From an uncultured Bacteroidota bacterium (lineage in GTDB: Bacteria > Bacteroidota > Bacteroidia > Flavobacteriales > Flavobacteriaceae), in NCBI GenBank assembly GCA_902616905.1, contig CACMUP010000001.1, positions 42,722 to 106,721 of the forward strand: a stretch of 64,000 nt of DNA, given 5' to 3'. Below, piece by piece: positions 1 to 10,102 of the stretch. How positions within the stretch are numbered: position 1 is the stretch's first letter; each line of letters opens with the position of its first letter. The notes beneath the pieces are model-generated. The model was given only the letters and a program-made list of their open reading frames with translations. It was not told the DNA's origin and did no database searches. The position numbers and the translations under genes are program-made.

Positions 1-336
1 TATAGACGTGCAATTAAAATGGCAATCGCGGCTGCAATAAGAATGAATGCAGAAGGAATAAAAATAGAAATCTCAGGGAGATTAAATGGTGCTGAAATGG
101 CTAGATCAGAATCATATAAAGAGGGCCGAATTCCTTTGTCAACATTTCGAGCTGATATAGATTATGCTCTCGTAGAAGCACACACTACATATGGTAGGTT
201 AGGAATTAAAGTTTGGATTATGAAAGGTGAGGTTTATGGAAAAAGAGAACTTTCTCCTCTCGTGGGAATGTCCAAAAAATCTCAATCAAATTCTAATTCA
301 GGAGTTGGAAATAATCGTCAAAAAAGACGTAAATAA
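1..336 (+). CDS. rpsC: 30S ribosomal protein S3, C-terminal part (5' end outside window)
   Basis: The frame is open from base 1 ([37 protein letters not shown]...[12 protein letters not shown]), which is typical of the S3 C-terminal domain. It lies directly upstream of rplP, as in the S10 operon. Confidence 0.93.
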   Translation, partial: YRRAIKMAIAAAIRMNAEGIKIEISGRLNGAEMARSESYKEGRIPLSTFRADIDYALVEAHTTYGRLGIKVWIMKGEVYGKRELSPLVGMSKKSQSNSNSGVGNNRQKRRK

Positions 337-350
337 AATCATCAGAAAGT

Positions 351-770
351 ATGTTACAACCGAAAAAGACAAAATTCCGAAAAGCACAGAAGGGACGTAT
401 GAAAGGACTTTCAGGAAGAGGTCATCAATTATCGAATGGAATGTATGGAATAAAAGCTCTTGATTCTGTATTTATAACTTCTCGTCAAATTGAAGCTGCA
501 CGTATCGCAGCTACTAGATTTATGAAAAGAGAGGGCCAACTATGGATTAAAATATTTCCTGATAAACCCATTACTAAAAAGCCTCTTGAGGTTAGAATGG
601 GAAAGGGTAAAGGCGCTCCAGAATATTTCGTTGCTGTTACAAAAGCTGGACGGATAATGTTCGAAGTTGCCGGGGTACCATATGATGTTGCCAGAGAAGC
701 ATTGCGATTAGCAGCTCAAAAACTCCCTGTAAAAACCAAATTTGTTGTAGCAAGAGATTACGCATCTTAA
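351..770 (+). CDS. rplP: 50S ribosomal protein L16
   Basis: [19 protein letters not shown]... is the canonical L16 N-terminus. It is 139 aa and in the expected operon position. Confidence 0.97.
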   Translation: MLQPKKTKFRKAQKGRMKGLSGRGHQLSNGMYGIKALDSVFITSRQIEAARIAATRFMKREGQLWIKIFPDKPITKKPLEVRMGKGKGAPEYFVAVTKAGRIMFEVAGVPYDVAREALRLAAQKLPVKTKFVVARDYAS

Positions 771-780
771 AAATATTATT

Positions 781-969
781 ATGAAACAAATAGAAATAAG
801 TAAACTCTCAAAACAAGATCTAGAAGATAAATTGTTAGATTATAAAAAACAATTAGGTGATTTGAAAATGACCCATGCCATATCTCCACTTGAGAACCCT
901 CTGCAAATAAAAATAGTTCGTAGAGTTATTGCAAGAATTAATACTGCTTTAAACAATAAGGATTTTTAA
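781..969 (+). CDS. rpmC: 50S ribosomal protein L29
   Basis: A 62-aa helical protein located between rplP and rpsQ. Size and position are typical of L29. Confidence 0.95.
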   Translation: MKQIEISKLSKQDLEDKLLDYKKQLGDLKMTHAISPLENPLQIKIVRRVIARINTALNNKDF

Positions 970-972
970 AAA

Positions 973-1230
973 ATGAAGACAAGAAATTTAAGAAAAGAAC
1001 GCATAGGGACAGTTACAAGTAATAAAATGGAAAAATCCATTGTGGTTTCGGAAGTAAAAAAAGTAAAACACCCTATGTATGGAAAATTTGTTTTAAAAAC
1101 TAAAAAGTATATAGCTCATGATGAAAAAAATGATTGTAACATAGGAGATACAGTAAAAATAATGGAAACGAGACCATTGAGCAAGACAAAATGCTGGAGA
1201 ATGGTTGAAATAATAGAAAGAGCTAAATAA
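973..1230 (+). CDS. rpsQ: 30S ribosomal protein S17
   Basis: 85 aa, with [19 protein letters not shown]...HPMYGK...Y.AHDE typical of S17. Operon order supports the call. Confidence 0.96.
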   Translation: MKTRNLRKERIGTVTSNKMEKSIVVSEVKKVKHPMYGKFVLKTKKYIAHDEKNDCNIGDTVKIMETRPLSKTKCWRMVEIIERAK

Positions 1231-1231
1231 A

Positions 1232-1600
1232 ATGGTACAACAAGAGTCTAGACTTAAAGTAGCAGATAATACAGGAGCGAAAGAAGTGCTCACAATCCGA
1301 GTTTTAGGTGGAACAAAAAGACGGTATGCATCTATAGGAGATAAAATTGTAGTCACAGTAAAAGAGGCTTCTCCCTCTGGAACAGTCAAAAAAGGCCAGG
1401 TATCCACTGCTGTTGTAGTTAGAACGAAGAAAGAGGTACGAAGACCTGACGGTTCATATATACGATTTGATGAAAACGCTTGTGTTCTTCTTAATCCTAC
1501 AGGAGAAATGAGAGGAACACGTGTTTTTGGTCCAGTTGCCAGAGAATTGAGAGAAAAACAGTTTATGAAAATTATATCATTAGCCCCAGAGGTTCTATAA
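1232..1600 (+). CDS. rplN: 50S ribosomal protein L14
   Basis: [25 protein letters not shown] is the canonical L14 N-terminus. 122 aa. Confidence 0.97.
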   Translation: MVQQESRLKVADNTGAKEVLTIRVLGGTKRRYASIGDKIVVTVKEASPSGTVKKGQVSTAVVVRTKKEVRRPDGSYIRFDENACVLLNPTGEMRGTRVFGPVARELREKQFMKIISLAPEVL

Positions 1601-1610
1601 ATAAATAGTA

Positions 1611-1925
1611 ATGGCAATTAAAATAAAAATAAAAAAAGGAGATACTGTACGAATTATTGCTGGTTCCAACAAAGGATCTGAAGGGCAAGTATTAAGTGTT
1701 ATGAGACAAACCAATAAAGCAATTGTTGAGGGTGTTAATTTAGTAAAAAGACATAATAAACCTAATGCAAAAAATCCACAAGGGGGTATATCAGAAAAAG
1801 AAGCTCCTATTGATATTTCAAATTTATCATTATTGACATCTGATGGAAAAATAACTAGAATTGGTTATAGAGTTGAGGATGGAGAAAAGATACGAATTGC
1901 AAAAAAAACTAATGAAGTCATTTAA
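1611..1925 (+). CDS. rplX: 50S ribosomal protein L24
   Basis: A KOW-like KKGDTV.IIAG..KG.EG.V motif in a 104-aa protein, in spc operon order. Confidence 0.96.
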   Translation: MAIKIKIKKGDTVRIIAGSNKGSEGQVLSVMRQTNKAIVEGVNLVKRHNKPNAKNPQGGISEKEAPIDISNLSLLTSDGKITRIGYRVEDGEKIRIAKKTNEVI

Positions 1926-1927
1926 CT

Positions 1928-2479
1928 ATGAATTATATACCAAGACTTAAAGAAGAATACAACAATCGTATTGTAAATAACTTAAGAGAAATTTTTAGTT
2001 ATACCAGTATAATGCAAGTTCCTCGGCTTCAAAAAATTGTTTTAAGCCGAGGTGTAGGTGGTGCAGTTGCAGATAAAAAACTTATTGAATATGCTGTCGA
2101 TGAACTAACCCTTATAACTGGACAAAAAGCAGTTGCGACAATTTCAAAAAAGGATGTGGCTTCATTTAAACTTCGAAAAGGAATGCCAATTGGAGCAAAA
2201 GTAACTTTAAGAGGAGAAAGAATGTATGAATTTTTGGATCGGCTAGTTACAACAGCATTGCCTAGAGTGAGAGACTTTCAGGGGGTAAAAAATACTGGAT
2301 TTGATGGAAGGGGAAACTATACTTTAGGGGTTACTGAACAAATTATTTTTCCTGAAATTGATATTGATAAAGTAAACAGAATAAATGGAATGGATATCAC
2401 ATTTGTTACATCTGCAAGAACTGATCAAGAAGCTAAATCATTATTAACAGAATTGGGTATTCCCTTTAAAAAGAATTAA
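1928..2479 (+). CDS. rplE: 50S ribosomal protein L5
   Basis: 183 aa with PRLKEEY....N.L.......MQVPRL.KIVL..G.G, typical of L5. Operon order supports the call. Confidence 0.97.
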   Translation: MNYIPRLKEEYNNRIVNNLREIFSYTSIMQVPRLQKIVLSRGVGGAVADKKLIEYAVDELTLITGQKAVATISKKDVASFKLRKGMPIGAKVTLRGERMYEFLDRLVTTALPRVRDFQGVKNTGFDGRGNYTLGVTEQIIFPEIDIDKVNRINGMDITFVTSARTDQEAKSLLTELGIPFKKN

Positions 2480-2481
2480 AA

Positions 2482-2751
2482 ATGGCAAAAGAATCTATGA
2501 AAGCTCGAGAAATAAAACGTGCAAAGACAGTTGCTAAGTATGCTGAAAAAAGAAAATCTTTAAAAAAAGCAGGAGATTATGAAGCACTGCAAAAGCTTCC
2601 TAAAAATGCATCACCGATTCGTTTACACAATCGCTGCAAACTTACTGGTCGACCTAAAGGTTATATGCGTCAATTCGGTATATCTCGTGTGACATTTCGT
2701 GAAATGGCAAACAAAGGTTTAATTCCTGGTGTAACTAAAGCCAGCTGGTAA
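2482..2751 (+). CDS. rpsN: 30S ribosomal protein S14 (long form)
   Basis: 89 aa, starting [13 protein letters not shown] and ending with the S14 C-terminus ...[34 protein letters not shown]. Confidence 0.96.
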   Translation: MAKESMKAREIKRAKTVAKYAEKRKSLKKAGDYEALQKLPKNASPIRLHNRCKLTGRPKGYMRQFGISRVTFREMANKGLIPGVTKASW

Positions 2752-2765
2752 TAAATTTTGATAAC

Positions 2766-3167
2766 ATGTATACAGATCCTATTTCCGATTACTTAACTCG
2801 AATTCGAAATGCAAATGGTGCAGGCCACCGGGTTGTTGATATTCCAGCCTCAAAAATTAAAAAAGAAATAACAAAAATTCTTTTTGATCAAGGTTTTATA
2901 TTAAGTTATAAATTCGAAGAAACTCAAAATAATCAAGGTAATATAAAAATTGCACTTAAATACGATAAAATAACTAAAGAACCAGTAATAAAAAAACTAC
3001 AACGTTTAAGTTCTCCTGGATTAAGACAATATTCTGCATCTGATAGTCTCCCAAGAATCTTAAATGGTTTGGGAATTTCCATTGTATCAACTTCAAAAGG
3101 AGTTATGACAGGAAAGCAGGCTGCTAAAGAAAATGTAGGAGGAGAATTAATTTGTTATGTCTATTAA
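2766..3167 (+). CDS. rpsH: 30S ribosomal protein S8
   Basis: TDPISDYLTRIRNA is the canonical S8 N-terminus and ...GGE.ICYVY the typical C-terminus. Confidence 0.97.
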   Translation: MYTDPISDYLTRIRNANGAGHRVVDIPASKIKKEITKILFDQGFILSYKFEETQNNQGNIKIALKYDKITKEPVIKKLQRLSSPGLRQYSASDSLPRILNGLGISIVSTSKGVMTGKQAAKENVGGELICYVY

Positions 3168-3180
3168 TAAAGTATAAATT

Positions 3181-3723
3181 ATGTCAAGAATAGGAAATAG
3201 TCCAATCACAATACCTGAGGGAGTAACAATAGAGATCCAGCCAAAACATATTAAAGTTAAGGGCAAGTTGGGTGAATTAACCCAGGAATATAATGATGTA
3301 CAAATCAAAGCGACAGATAAATTTATCAATATATCAAGAGCTTCTGAAAACAAATCAGTAAAATCCAAGCATGGTCTTTATAGATCCTTGATTGCAAACA
3401 TGGTGGAAGGAGTTAGTAAGGGATTTACAAAGGAATTAGAACTAGTAGGAGTTGGATACAGAGCGAGTAATCAAGGTCAAAAACTAGATCTTGCTCTTGG
3501 TTTTTCGCATAATGTACTTTTTGAAATAGCGCCTGAAGTTAGGGTAGAAACTATATCTGAAAAAGGTAAAAACCCAATTGTTAAGTTAACATCGCACGAT
3601 AAACAACTCGTTGGTTACGTTGCATCTAAGATTCGATCTCTAAGAAAACCTGAGCCATATAAAGGAAAAGGAGTGAAATTTGTTGGGGAACAGATTAGAA
3701 GAAAAGCAGGTAAATCAGCTTAA
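3181..3723 (+). CDS. rplF: 50S ribosomal protein L6
   Basis: MSRIGNSPITIPEGV...PEPYKGKG is typical of L6. 180 aa. Confidence 0.97.
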   Translation: MSRIGNSPITIPEGVTIEIQPKHIKVKGKLGELTQEYNDVQIKATDKFINISRASENKSVKSKHGLYRSLIANMVEGVSKGFTKELELVGVGYRASNQGQKLDLALGFSHNVLFEIAPEVRVETISEKGKNPIVKLTSHDKQLVGYVASKIRSLRKPEPYKGKGVKFVGEQIRRKAGKSA

Positions 3724-3733
3724 TTTAAAAACT

Positions 3734-4093
3734 ATGAATTTAACAAAATTAGAACGTAGAAAAAGAATTAGGAAGCGCATTAGAAAAGTAGTAATCGGAA
3801 CAAAAGATACACCTCGTTTGTCCATTTATAGAAGTAACAAAGAAATTTATGCCCAAATTATAAATGACCAAACAGGGAAAACACTAATTGCTGCATCCTC
3901 GAGAGATAAGGAAGTTGTAAGTGAAAAACTTGAAAAAAAGGTCGAAATAGCCTCTTTAGTTGGAAAAAGAATTGGTCATTTAGCTTCAAAAGCTGGAATT
4001 AAAGAAATAAGATTTGACAGAAGTGGTTATTTATATCATGGAAGGGTTAAAGCATTAGCTGATGGTGCAAGAAAGGGAGGTTTAAAATTTTAA
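3734..4093 (+). CDS. rplR: 50S ribosomal protein L18
   Basis: The track ORF starts at 3680 inside rplF. The ATG at 3734 gives [20 protein letters not shown]...PRLS.YRSNK.IYAQ, the normal L18 N-terminus, and leaves a 10-nt gap after rplF. Confidence 0.93.
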   Translation: MNLTKLERRKRIRKRIRKVVIGTKDTPRLSIYRSNKEIYAQIINDQTGKTLIAASSRDKEVVSEKLEKKVEIASLVGKRIGHLASKAGIKEIRFDRSGYLYHGRVKALADGARKGGLKF

Positions 4094-4100
4094 ATTAGAT

Positions 4101-4625
4101 ATGTATCAAGATTATAAAAATGTAGAACTTGTTAAGCCTGCTGGCTTAGATCTTAAAGATCGTTTAGTTGGTGTCCAGAGAGTAACTAAGGTCACTAAAG
4201 GCGGGCGTGCATTTGGATTTTCAGCGATTGTTGTTGTTGGGGACGAAAATGGTGTCGTAGGACAAGGTTTGGGTAAATCTAAGGAAGTTTCTGAAGCGAT
4301 AGCCAAAGCTGTGGAAGATGCAAAGAAAAACTTGATTAGAATTCCAATAGAAAAGGAGACTTTACCACATGAACAAAAAGGGAAATATGGAGGTGCTCGT
4401 GTTTTTTTAAAGCCTGCATCCGAAGGAACTGGAGTCATAGCTGGAGGAGCAGTAAGAGCTGTTTTAGATGCCGTTGGTATCAATAATGTTCTATCAAAAT
4501 CACAAGGATCATCAAATCCACATAACGTAGTTAAAGCAACTTTTGACGCACTATTACAGCTTCGAAATCCTCAAATGATTGCTAAACAAAGAGGAATATC
4601 AATCGATAAGGTATTTAATGGGTAA
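4101..4625 (+). CDS. rpsE: 30S ribosomal protein S5
   Basis: 174 aa with [31 protein letters not shown], typical of S5. Confidence 0.97.
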   Translation: MYQDYKNVELVKPAGLDLKDRLVGVQRVTKVTKGGRAFGFSAIVVVGDENGVVGQGLGKSKEVSEAIAKAVEDAKKNLIRIPIEKETLPHEQKGKYGGARVFLKPASEGTGVIAGGAVRAVLDAVGINNVLSKSQGSSNPHNVVKATFDALLQLRNPQMIAKQRGISIDKVFNG

Positions 4626-4635
4626 AAAAAATAAA

Positions 4636-4815
4636 ATGTCAAAAATCAAAGTAAAACAAATTAGAAGCAGTATAAAACGTTTGAAAGATCAAAAAAGAAC
4701 CCTTGAAGCCCTTGGATTAAATGGTATAGGTAGGGAAGTTACACATAATATTTCGCCAAGTATTCTTGGTATGATTAAGAAAGTAAAACATTTGGTTTCT
4801 GTAACTGAAGTATAA
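4636..4815 (+). CDS. rpmD: 50S ribosomal protein L30
   Basis: The track ORF begins at 4579 inside rpsE. The ATG at 4636 gives MSKIKVKQIRSSIKRLKDQKRTLEALGL (59 aa), typical of L30. Confidence 0.93.
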   Translation: MSKIKVKQIRSSIKRLKDQKRTLEALGLNGIGREVTHNISPSILGMIKKVKHLVSVTEV

Positions 4816-4825
4816 AATATAAATC

Positions 4826-5278
4826 ATGAATTTACAAAATTTAACTCCTGCAGAGGGTTCAAATAGAGGAAATGGAAAAAGATTAGGAAGAGGAGAAGCC
4901 TCAGGAAAGGGTGGAACCTCATCACGTGGTCACAAAGGAGCAAAATCGCGTTCTGGTTATTCAAAAAAAATTGGTTTTGAAGGGGGTCAAATGCCATTAC
5001 AAAGAAGAATCCCAAAATTTGGATTTAAAAATATAAATCGTATATCCTACAGAGTTATAAATATTAATAAAGTTCAAGAACTAATAAAAGATAAAAAAGT
5101 TAAAAAGGAATTAAGTGTCGAACAATTAGTAAAATTACGTCTTGCTCAAAAAAATGACTTGGTTAAAATCCTTGGAAGTGGAAAGATAGAAAGCCCAATC
5201 AAAATAATTGCTCACAAATTTTCTGCTTCTGCAAAAAAGGCTATAGAAGCTGCTGGTGGTAAAGCTGTAATACTTTAA
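4826..5278 (+). CDS. rplO: 50S ribosomal protein L15
   Basis: 150 aa with L.NL.PAEGS......R.GRG..SG.GGTS.RGHKG.KSRSG, typical of L15. Confidence 0.96.
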   Translation: MNLQNLTPAEGSNRGNGKRLGRGEASGKGGTSSRGHKGAKSRSGYSKKIGFEGGQMPLQRRIPKFGFKNINRISYRVININKVQELIKDKKVKKELSVEQLVKLRLAQKNDLVKILGSGKIESPIKIIAHKFSASAKKAIEAAGGKAVIL

Positions 5279-5288
5279 AATATTTGGG

Positions 5289-6641
5289 ATGAGAAAAGTA
5301 TTTGAAACTATTTATAACATCTATAAAATCGAAGAATTAAGAGACCGTGTTCTTTTAACCCTTGGTATGTTATTAGTTTACAGACTTGGCGCCCAGGTTG
5401 TGTTACCAGGAATTGATTCAATACAGCTTTCAGAATTAAGTAATCGTGCAGACGGAGGAGGTCTTTTAGGAATTCTAAATGCTTTCACGGGTGGCGCTTT
5501 TGCTAATGCATCTGTTTTTGCACTTGGTATAATGCCCTATATTTCAGCATCAATTGTTGTACAACTTATGGGAATCGCTGTTCCTTATCTACAAAAACTC
5601 CAAAAGGAAGGAGAAAGTGGACGAAAGACAATAAATCAAATTACCAGATGGTTAACTATTGCAATTTGCATTATCCAGGCACCTGCTTATTTATTTGGTC
5701 TAAGTGCGCTCGGTGTACCTGAAAGTGCTTTTATAATCGGTAAAGGGCCATTATTTATAATATCATCTGTTATTATTTTAGTTACCGGAACAATATTTGC
5801 TATGTGGTTGGGAGAAAAAATTACCGATAAGGGTATCGGAAATGGTATTTCCCTTTTGATAATGGTTGGTATAATTGCAAACCTTCCTTTATCATTCACT
5901 CAAGAATTTGTCTCCAGAGTATCAGAAAATAACGGAGGACTAATGTTGATACTAATCGAATTAGTGTTATGGATTGTAATTATTTTACTCTCAATCTTAC
6001 TTACATTAGCAGTTAGAAGAATACCAGTACAATATGCCAGACGTCAGGTTGGTGGCTCAGCGACAGAGCGAACTGCATATGGATCAAGGCAATATATACC
6101 ATTAAAATTAAATGCTTCAGGGGTAATGCCAATTATATTTGCTCAAGCCATAATGTTTGCCCCTGTTTATATCGGATCTGCACTTGGTAATTCAGATGCA
6201 GGTCAATGGTTACAAACCAATTTTTCTGATATTTTTGGTCTTTGGTATAACATACTTTTTGCCTTTTTAATTATAATATTTACGTATTTTTATACGGCTA
6301 TAACAGTTCCTACAAATAAAATGTCTGACGACTTAAAAAGAAGTGGAGGCTTTATACCAGGTATCCGTCCTGGTTCTGAAACTTCAGATTATTTAGATAC
6401 AGTAATGTCACATATTACGTTTCCTGGTTCCCTTTTTTTAGCAGGGATTGCAATATTTCCTGCAATTGTTGTTAAGTTAATTGGAATACAACAGGGATGG
6501 GCTTTATTTTATGGAGGAACATCATTACTAATTATGGTTGGTGTAGCAATAGACACAATACAGCAAGTCAATTCATATTTATTAAACAGGCATTATGACG
6601 GATTGATGAAAAGTGGTAAAACAAGAAGAAGTATAAATTAA
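5289..6641 (+). CDS. secY: preprotein translocase subunit SecY
   Basis: A 450-aa polytopic membrane protein with LR.R.L.TL..L..YR.G..V.LPGID and GIMPYISASI... motifs. It sits after rplO as in the spc operon. Confidence 0.97.
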   Translation: MRKVFETIYNIYKIEELRDRVLLTLGMLLVYRLGAQVVLPGIDSIQLSELSNRADGGGLLGILNAFTGGAFANASVFALGIMPYISASIVVQLMGIAVPYLQKLQKEGESGRKTINQITRWLTIAICIIQAPAYLFGLSALGVPESAFIIGKGPLFIISSVIILVTGTIFAMWLGEKITDKGIGNGISLLIMVGIIANLPLSFTQEFVSRVSENNGGLMLILIELVLWIVIILLSILLTLAVRRIPVQYARRQVGGSATERTAYGSRQYIPLKLNASGVMPIIFAQAIMFAPVYIGSALGNSDAGQWLQTNFSDIFGLWYNILFAFLIIIFTYFYTAITVPTNKMSDDLKRSGGFIPGIRPGSETSDYLDTVMSHITFPGSLFLAGIAIFPAIVVKLIGIQQGWALFYGGTSLLIMVGVAIDTIQQVNSYLLNRHYDGLMKSGKTRRSIN

Positions 6642-6644
6642 TAT

Positions 6645-6860
6645 ATGGCTAAACAAGCAGCAATAGAACAAGAAGGAACTATCATAGAGGCATTGTCAAA
6701 CGCAATGTTTAGAGTAGAGTTAGAAAATGGACATGTAGTAACAGCCCATATTTCAGGCAAAATGCGTCTACATTATATAAAATTGCTGCCTGGAGACAAA
6801 GTTAAGTTAGAAATGAGTCCTTATGATTTATCCAAAGCAAGGATTACTTTTCGATTTTAA
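6645..6860 (+). CDS. infA: translation initiation factor IF-1
   Basis: 71 aa with [33 protein letters not shown]...I...PGDKV..EMSPYDL.K.RI.FR, canonical IF-1. Confidence 0.97.
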   Translation: MAKQAAIEQEGTIIEALSNAMFRVELENGHVVTAHISGKMRLHYIKLLPGDKVKLEMSPYDLSKARITFRF

Positions 6861-6872
6861 TATTAAAAAGAT

Positions 6873-6989
6873 ATGAAACTAAGAGCATCAATTAAGAAAC
6901 GCAGTGCAGATTGTAAAATCGTTAGAAGAAAAGGACGTCTGTACGTAATTAATAAAAAGAATCCAAGATTCAAACAAAGACAAGGTTAA
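6873..6989 (+). CDS. rpmJ: 50S ribosomal protein L36
   Basis: This gene is too short to appear in the ORF track. ATG at 6873 and TAA at 6987-6989 give [38 protein letters not shown] (38 aa), a typical single-Cys L36. It lies between infA and rpsM as expected. Confidence 0.9.
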   Translation: MKLRASIKKRSADCKIVRRKGRLYVINKKNPRFKQRQG

Positions 6990-6992
6990 ATT

Positions 6993-7367
6993 ATGGCAAG
7001 AATATCTGGAGTTGACATTCCTAAACAAAAAAGAGGTGTTATATCATTGACATATATATTCGGTATAGGAAAAAGTCGTGCACAAACTATTTTATCAAAC
7101 GCCAAAGTTGATGAAAGTAAAAAAGTAGAAGATTGGACAGATGACGAAACAGCTAGGATCCGGGAATCAGTAGGATCCTTTAAAATAGAAGGAGAGCTGC
7201 GTTCAGAGATCCAATTAAATATAAAACGTTTAATGGATATTGGCTGTTATCGTGGAATACGTCACAGATCAGGACTTCCTTTACGTGGTCAACGAACAAA
7301 AAATAACTCACGAACTAGGAAAGGAAAGAGAAAAACAGTAGCTAATAAGAAGAAAGTAACCAAGTAA
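6993..7367 (+). CDS. rpsM: 30S ribosomal protein S13
   Basis: [11 protein letters not shown]........IFGIG...A..IL, canonical S13. 124 aa. Confidence 0.97.
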   Translation: MARISGVDIPKQKRGVISLTYIFGIGKSRAQTILSNAKVDESKKVEDWTDDETARIRESVGSFKIEGELRSEIQLNIKRLMDIGCYRGIRHRSGLPLRGQRTKNNSRTRKGKRKTVANKKKVTK

Positions 7368-7379
7368 TAGTAACCAATT

Positions 7380-7763
7380 ATGGCTAAAATAACAAGTAAA
7401 AAAAGAAAAGTAATAGTTGAATCTATTGGAGAAGCTCATATCACAGCTTCTTTTAATAATATTATTATATCACTAACAAATTCAAAAGGCGAAGTAATTG
7501 CGTGGTCTTCTGCAGGAAAAATGGGATTTAGGGGTTCTAAAAAGAATACGCCCTATGCAGCACAAACTGCAGCAGAAGATTGTTCTAAAGTTGCACAAGA
7601 TGCAGGATTACGTAAAGTAAAAGTATTTGTAAAAGGTCCAGGTAACGGTCGTGAATCAGCTATTCGTTCCCTTCATAATTCAGGAATAGAAGTGCTAGAA
7701 ATAGTCGACGTGACCCCACTTCCACATAATGGATGTAGACCTCCAAAAATAAGAAGAGTATAA
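7380..7763 (+). CDS. rpsK: 30S ribosomal protein S11
   Basis: 127 aa with ...G.AHI.ASFNN.I.S.T...G.VI.WSSAG..GF.GSKK.TP.AAQ.AA, typical of S11. Confidence 0.97.
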   Translation: MAKITSKKRKVIVESIGEAHITASFNNIIISLTNSKGEVIAWSSAGKMGFRGSKKNTPYAAQTAAEDCSKVAQDAGLRKVKVFVKGPGNGRESAIRSLHNSGIEVLEIVDVTPLPHNGCRPPKIRRV

Positions 7764-7841
7764 TTATTATCTAGGGTTGATAAAATCTATCGAAGGAAAT
7801 GACCTTAATTCATAGTGATCAATTCAATTAAATTTAAAAAA

Positions 7842-8447
7842 ATGGCAAGATACATAGGTCCAAAAACAAAAATAGCTCGCAAATTTGGTGAGCCTATTTT
7901 CGGTGAAGATAAAACATTAGAAAAAAGAAATTATCCTCCTGGTCAACACGGTAGTTCCAAGAGAAGAGGAAAAAAATCTGAATATGCAATCCAGCTAATG
8001 GAAAAACAGAAGGCAAAATATACTTATGGTATTTTAGAAAAACAATTCAGAAATCTTTTTGAAAAGGCAAGTAGAAGTAAAGGAGTAACAGGTGAGGTTT
8101 TACTTCAATTATGCGAATCAAGACTAGATAACATGGTTTTCCGTTTCGGTTTATCTCCAACAAGAAGTGGTGCACGACAATTAGTTTCACATCGTCACAT
8201 AACAGTAAATGGTTCTATAGTCAACATCCCTTCTTTCCAGGTAAGGAAAGGAGATGTTGTTGGTGTTAGAGAAAAGTCTAAATCATTAAATATTATTCAA
8301 GAAGCTAAGTCAAAGGTTTCTTTAACTACTGAATGGCTTAGTTGGGATAAAGATCAACTTAAAGGAACTTATGTAAAGGTCCCGGAAAGATCCCAAATTC
8401 CTGAAACAATAAAAGAACAACTCATCGTAGAATTATACTCAAAATAA
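7842..8447 (+). CDS. rpsD: 30S ribosomal protein S4
   Basis: The track ORF starts at a GTG at 7815. The ATG at 7842 gives [21 protein letters not shown], the canonical S4 N-terminus (201 aa). Confidence 0.94.
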   Translation: MARYIGPKTKIARKFGEPIFGEDKTLEKRNYPPGQHGSSKRRGKKSEYAIQLMEKQKAKYTYGILEKQFRNLFEKASRSKGVTGEVLLQLCESRLDNMVFRFGLSPTRSGARQLVSHRHITVNGSIVNIPSFQVRKGDVVGVREKSKSLNIIQEAKSKVSLTTEWLSWDKDQLKGTYVKVPERSQIPETIKEQLIVELYSK

Positions 8448-8467
8448 GCAAACTGAAGCACAATAAT

Positions 8468-9460
8468 ATGGCAATACTTAATTTTCAAAAACCCGATAAA
8501 GTAATAATGATAGATTCTTCGGAATTCGAAGGCAAATTTGAATTTCGTCCTTTAGAACCTGGATATGGACTAACAGTTGGCAACGCACTAAGACGTGTTT
8601 TGTTATCTTCTTTGGAAGGATTCGCAATTACCTCTGTTAAGTTAGAAAATGTTGAACATGAATTTTCAACTATCACAGGTGTTGTGGAAGATGTCACTGA
8701 AATTATACTTAATCTTAAACAAATTCGTTTTAAAAGACAAATCGAAGAATCTGAGCATGAAAAAGTCACAATTTCTATTGCAGGCCAAGACGAAATAAAA
8801 GCAGCAGATTTTCAAAAATTCATTTCAGGATTTCAAGTATTAAATCCTGATTTAACCATTTGTAAACTAGAAAAAAATATTCAGTTTAATATGGAAATAA
8901 CAATTGAAAAAGGGAGAGGTTATGTTCCAGCTGAGGAAAATAAAAACTCTAATACTGAACTAGGAGTGATTGCAATTGACTCTATTTTTACACCAATAAA
9001 AAATGTAAAGTATAGTATAGAGAACTATCGTGTAGAACAAAAAACTGATTATGAAAAATTAGTATTTGAGATAATCTCTGATGGCTCTATACATCCAAAA
9101 GATGCCCTTACTGAAGCAGCAAAAACACTTATTCATCACTTTATGTTATTTTCGGACGAAAGAATTACACTTGAGGCTGATGAAATTGCCCAAACTGAAA
9201 CTTATGATGAAGAATCACTTCATATGAGACAACTTTTAAAAACAAAACTAATAGATATGGATTTATCTGTAAGAGCTCTAAATTGTTTAAAAGCTGCAGA
9301 AGTTGACACTTTAGGTGATTTAGTTTCTTACAACAAAAATGACTTAATGAAATTTAGAAACTTTGGAAAGAAATCATTAACAGAGCTAGAAGAATTAGTT
9401 GTACTTAAAGGGCTTTCTTTTGGAATGGATCTTTCTAAATACAAACTAGATAAAGATTAA
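8468..9460 (+). CDS. rpoA: DNA-directed RNA polymerase subunit alpha
   Basis: 330 aa. The N-terminal domain has [19 protein letters not shown]. The C-terminal domain has [12 protein letters not shown]...T.GDLV......L...RNFGKKSL.E. Confidence 0.97.
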   Translation: MAILNFQKPDKVIMIDSSEFEGKFEFRPLEPGYGLTVGNALRRVLLSSLEGFAITSVKLENVEHEFSTITGVVEDVTEIILNLKQIRFKRQIEESEHEKVTISIAGQDEIKAADFQKFISGFQVLNPDLTICKLEKNIQFNMEITIEKGRGYVPAEENKNSNTELGVIAIDSIFTPIKNVKYSIENYRVEQKTDYEKLVFEIISDGSIHPKDALTEAAKTLIHHFMLFSDERITLEADEIAQTETYDEESLHMRQLLKTKLIDMDLSVRALNCLKAAEVDTLGDLVSYNKNDLMKFRNFGKKSLTELEELVVLKGLSFGMDLSKYKLDKD

Positions 9461-9479
9461 TTAGGTTTTAAATAAAAAA

Positions 9480-10028
9480 ATGAGACACGGAAAAAAAGTA
9501 ATACATCTAGGCAGAAAAACTGCTCACAGAAAATCGATGCTAGCTAATATGGCTTCTTCATTAATTGAACACAAACGGATTAATACAACACTAACAAAAG
9601 CAAAAGCACTTAAGAAGTTCATCGAACCTTTAATAACTAAATCTAAATCTGATACAACGCATAACAGAAGACTTGCTTTCTCTTCTTTGAGAGATAAGAG
9701 TGCCGTTTCAGTTTTGTTTAGAGAAATTTCAGCGAAAGTCGGTGATCGTCCAGGAGGTTACACAAGAGTCATTAAACTTGGAAACAGAATGGGTGACAAC
9801 GCTTCTATGGCATTAATTGAATTAGTAGATTTTAACGAATTATATAATCGTGAAGCAAAACCAAAGAAAAAAACAAGAAGACGAAGTAGTGGAAAAAAAT
9901 TAACTAATGATATTAAAACTACAAAAGATAAATCTAAAAGTGAAACGCCAATTAATAAACAAGAAAATAAAACACCTGACCCTGATTCTAATTTAATTGA
10001 TTCCGATAATAAAGAAAAAAATAGCTAG
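9480..10028 (+). CDS. rplQ: 50S ribosomal protein L17 with Lys/Asp/Ser-rich C-terminal tail
   Basis: MRHGKK..HLGR...HR..ML.NMA.SLI.H.RI.TT..KAK...GGYTR..K.G.R.GDNA.MA.IELV is canonical L17. It is followed by a low-complexity extension of roughly 60 aa. Confidence 0.95.
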   Translation: MRHGKKVIHLGRKTAHRKSMLANMASSLIEHKRINTTLTKAKALKKFIEPLITKSKSDTTHNRRLAFSSLRDKSAVSVLFREISAKVGDRPGGYTRVIKLGNRMGDNASMALIELVDFNELYNREAKPKKKTRRRSSGKKLTNDIKTTKDKSKSETPINKQENKTPDPDSNLIDSDNKEKNS

Positions 10029-10050
10029 GATGTATTAAAAAAAATATAAA

Positions 10051-10082
10051 AGGATAAACTTTTTAGTTTATCCTTTTTTTTG
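10051..10082 (+). terminator. Rho-independent terminator after the alpha operon
   Basis: A perfect 10-bp stem, AGGATAAACT (10051-10060) paired with AGTTTATCCT (10065-10074), with loop TTTT and a following T-run (10075-10081). Confidence 0.75.
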
Positions 10083-10102
10083 GTTTATTTTGTAATATAA
10101 TC

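Noticed and set aside
1093-1617. A 174-aa ORF antisense to rpsQ/rplN. Similar antisense or alternate-frame ORFs lie at 227-463, 3147-3368, 4112-4483, 4824-5015, 5687-5899 and 8485-8769.
   Set aside because: They lie entirely within strongly supported ribosomal-protein, secY or rpoA genes. Their composition is low-complexity and shadow-like, and I recognise no motifs. They are typical spurious ORFs on the opposite strand of highly constrained genes.
3680-3733. N-terminal extensions in the ORF track for rplR. The same applies to rpmD (4579), rpsD (7815), argS (14262), queE (21430), the DUF1343 gene (23363), the BspA-like gene (50541) and the ACAD gene (63880).
   Set aside because: The extensions overlap the preceding gene or start at GTG or TTG. 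In each case an internal ATG yields the canonical family N-terminus or a proper signal peptide.
9840-10028. A roughly 60-aa Lys/Asp/Ser-rich C-terminal tail on ribosomal protein L17.
   Set aside because: As far as I recall, extended low-complexity L17 tails are common in Bacteroidota. It is in frame with no sign of fusion or frameshift, so I treat it as lineage-typical rather than novel.
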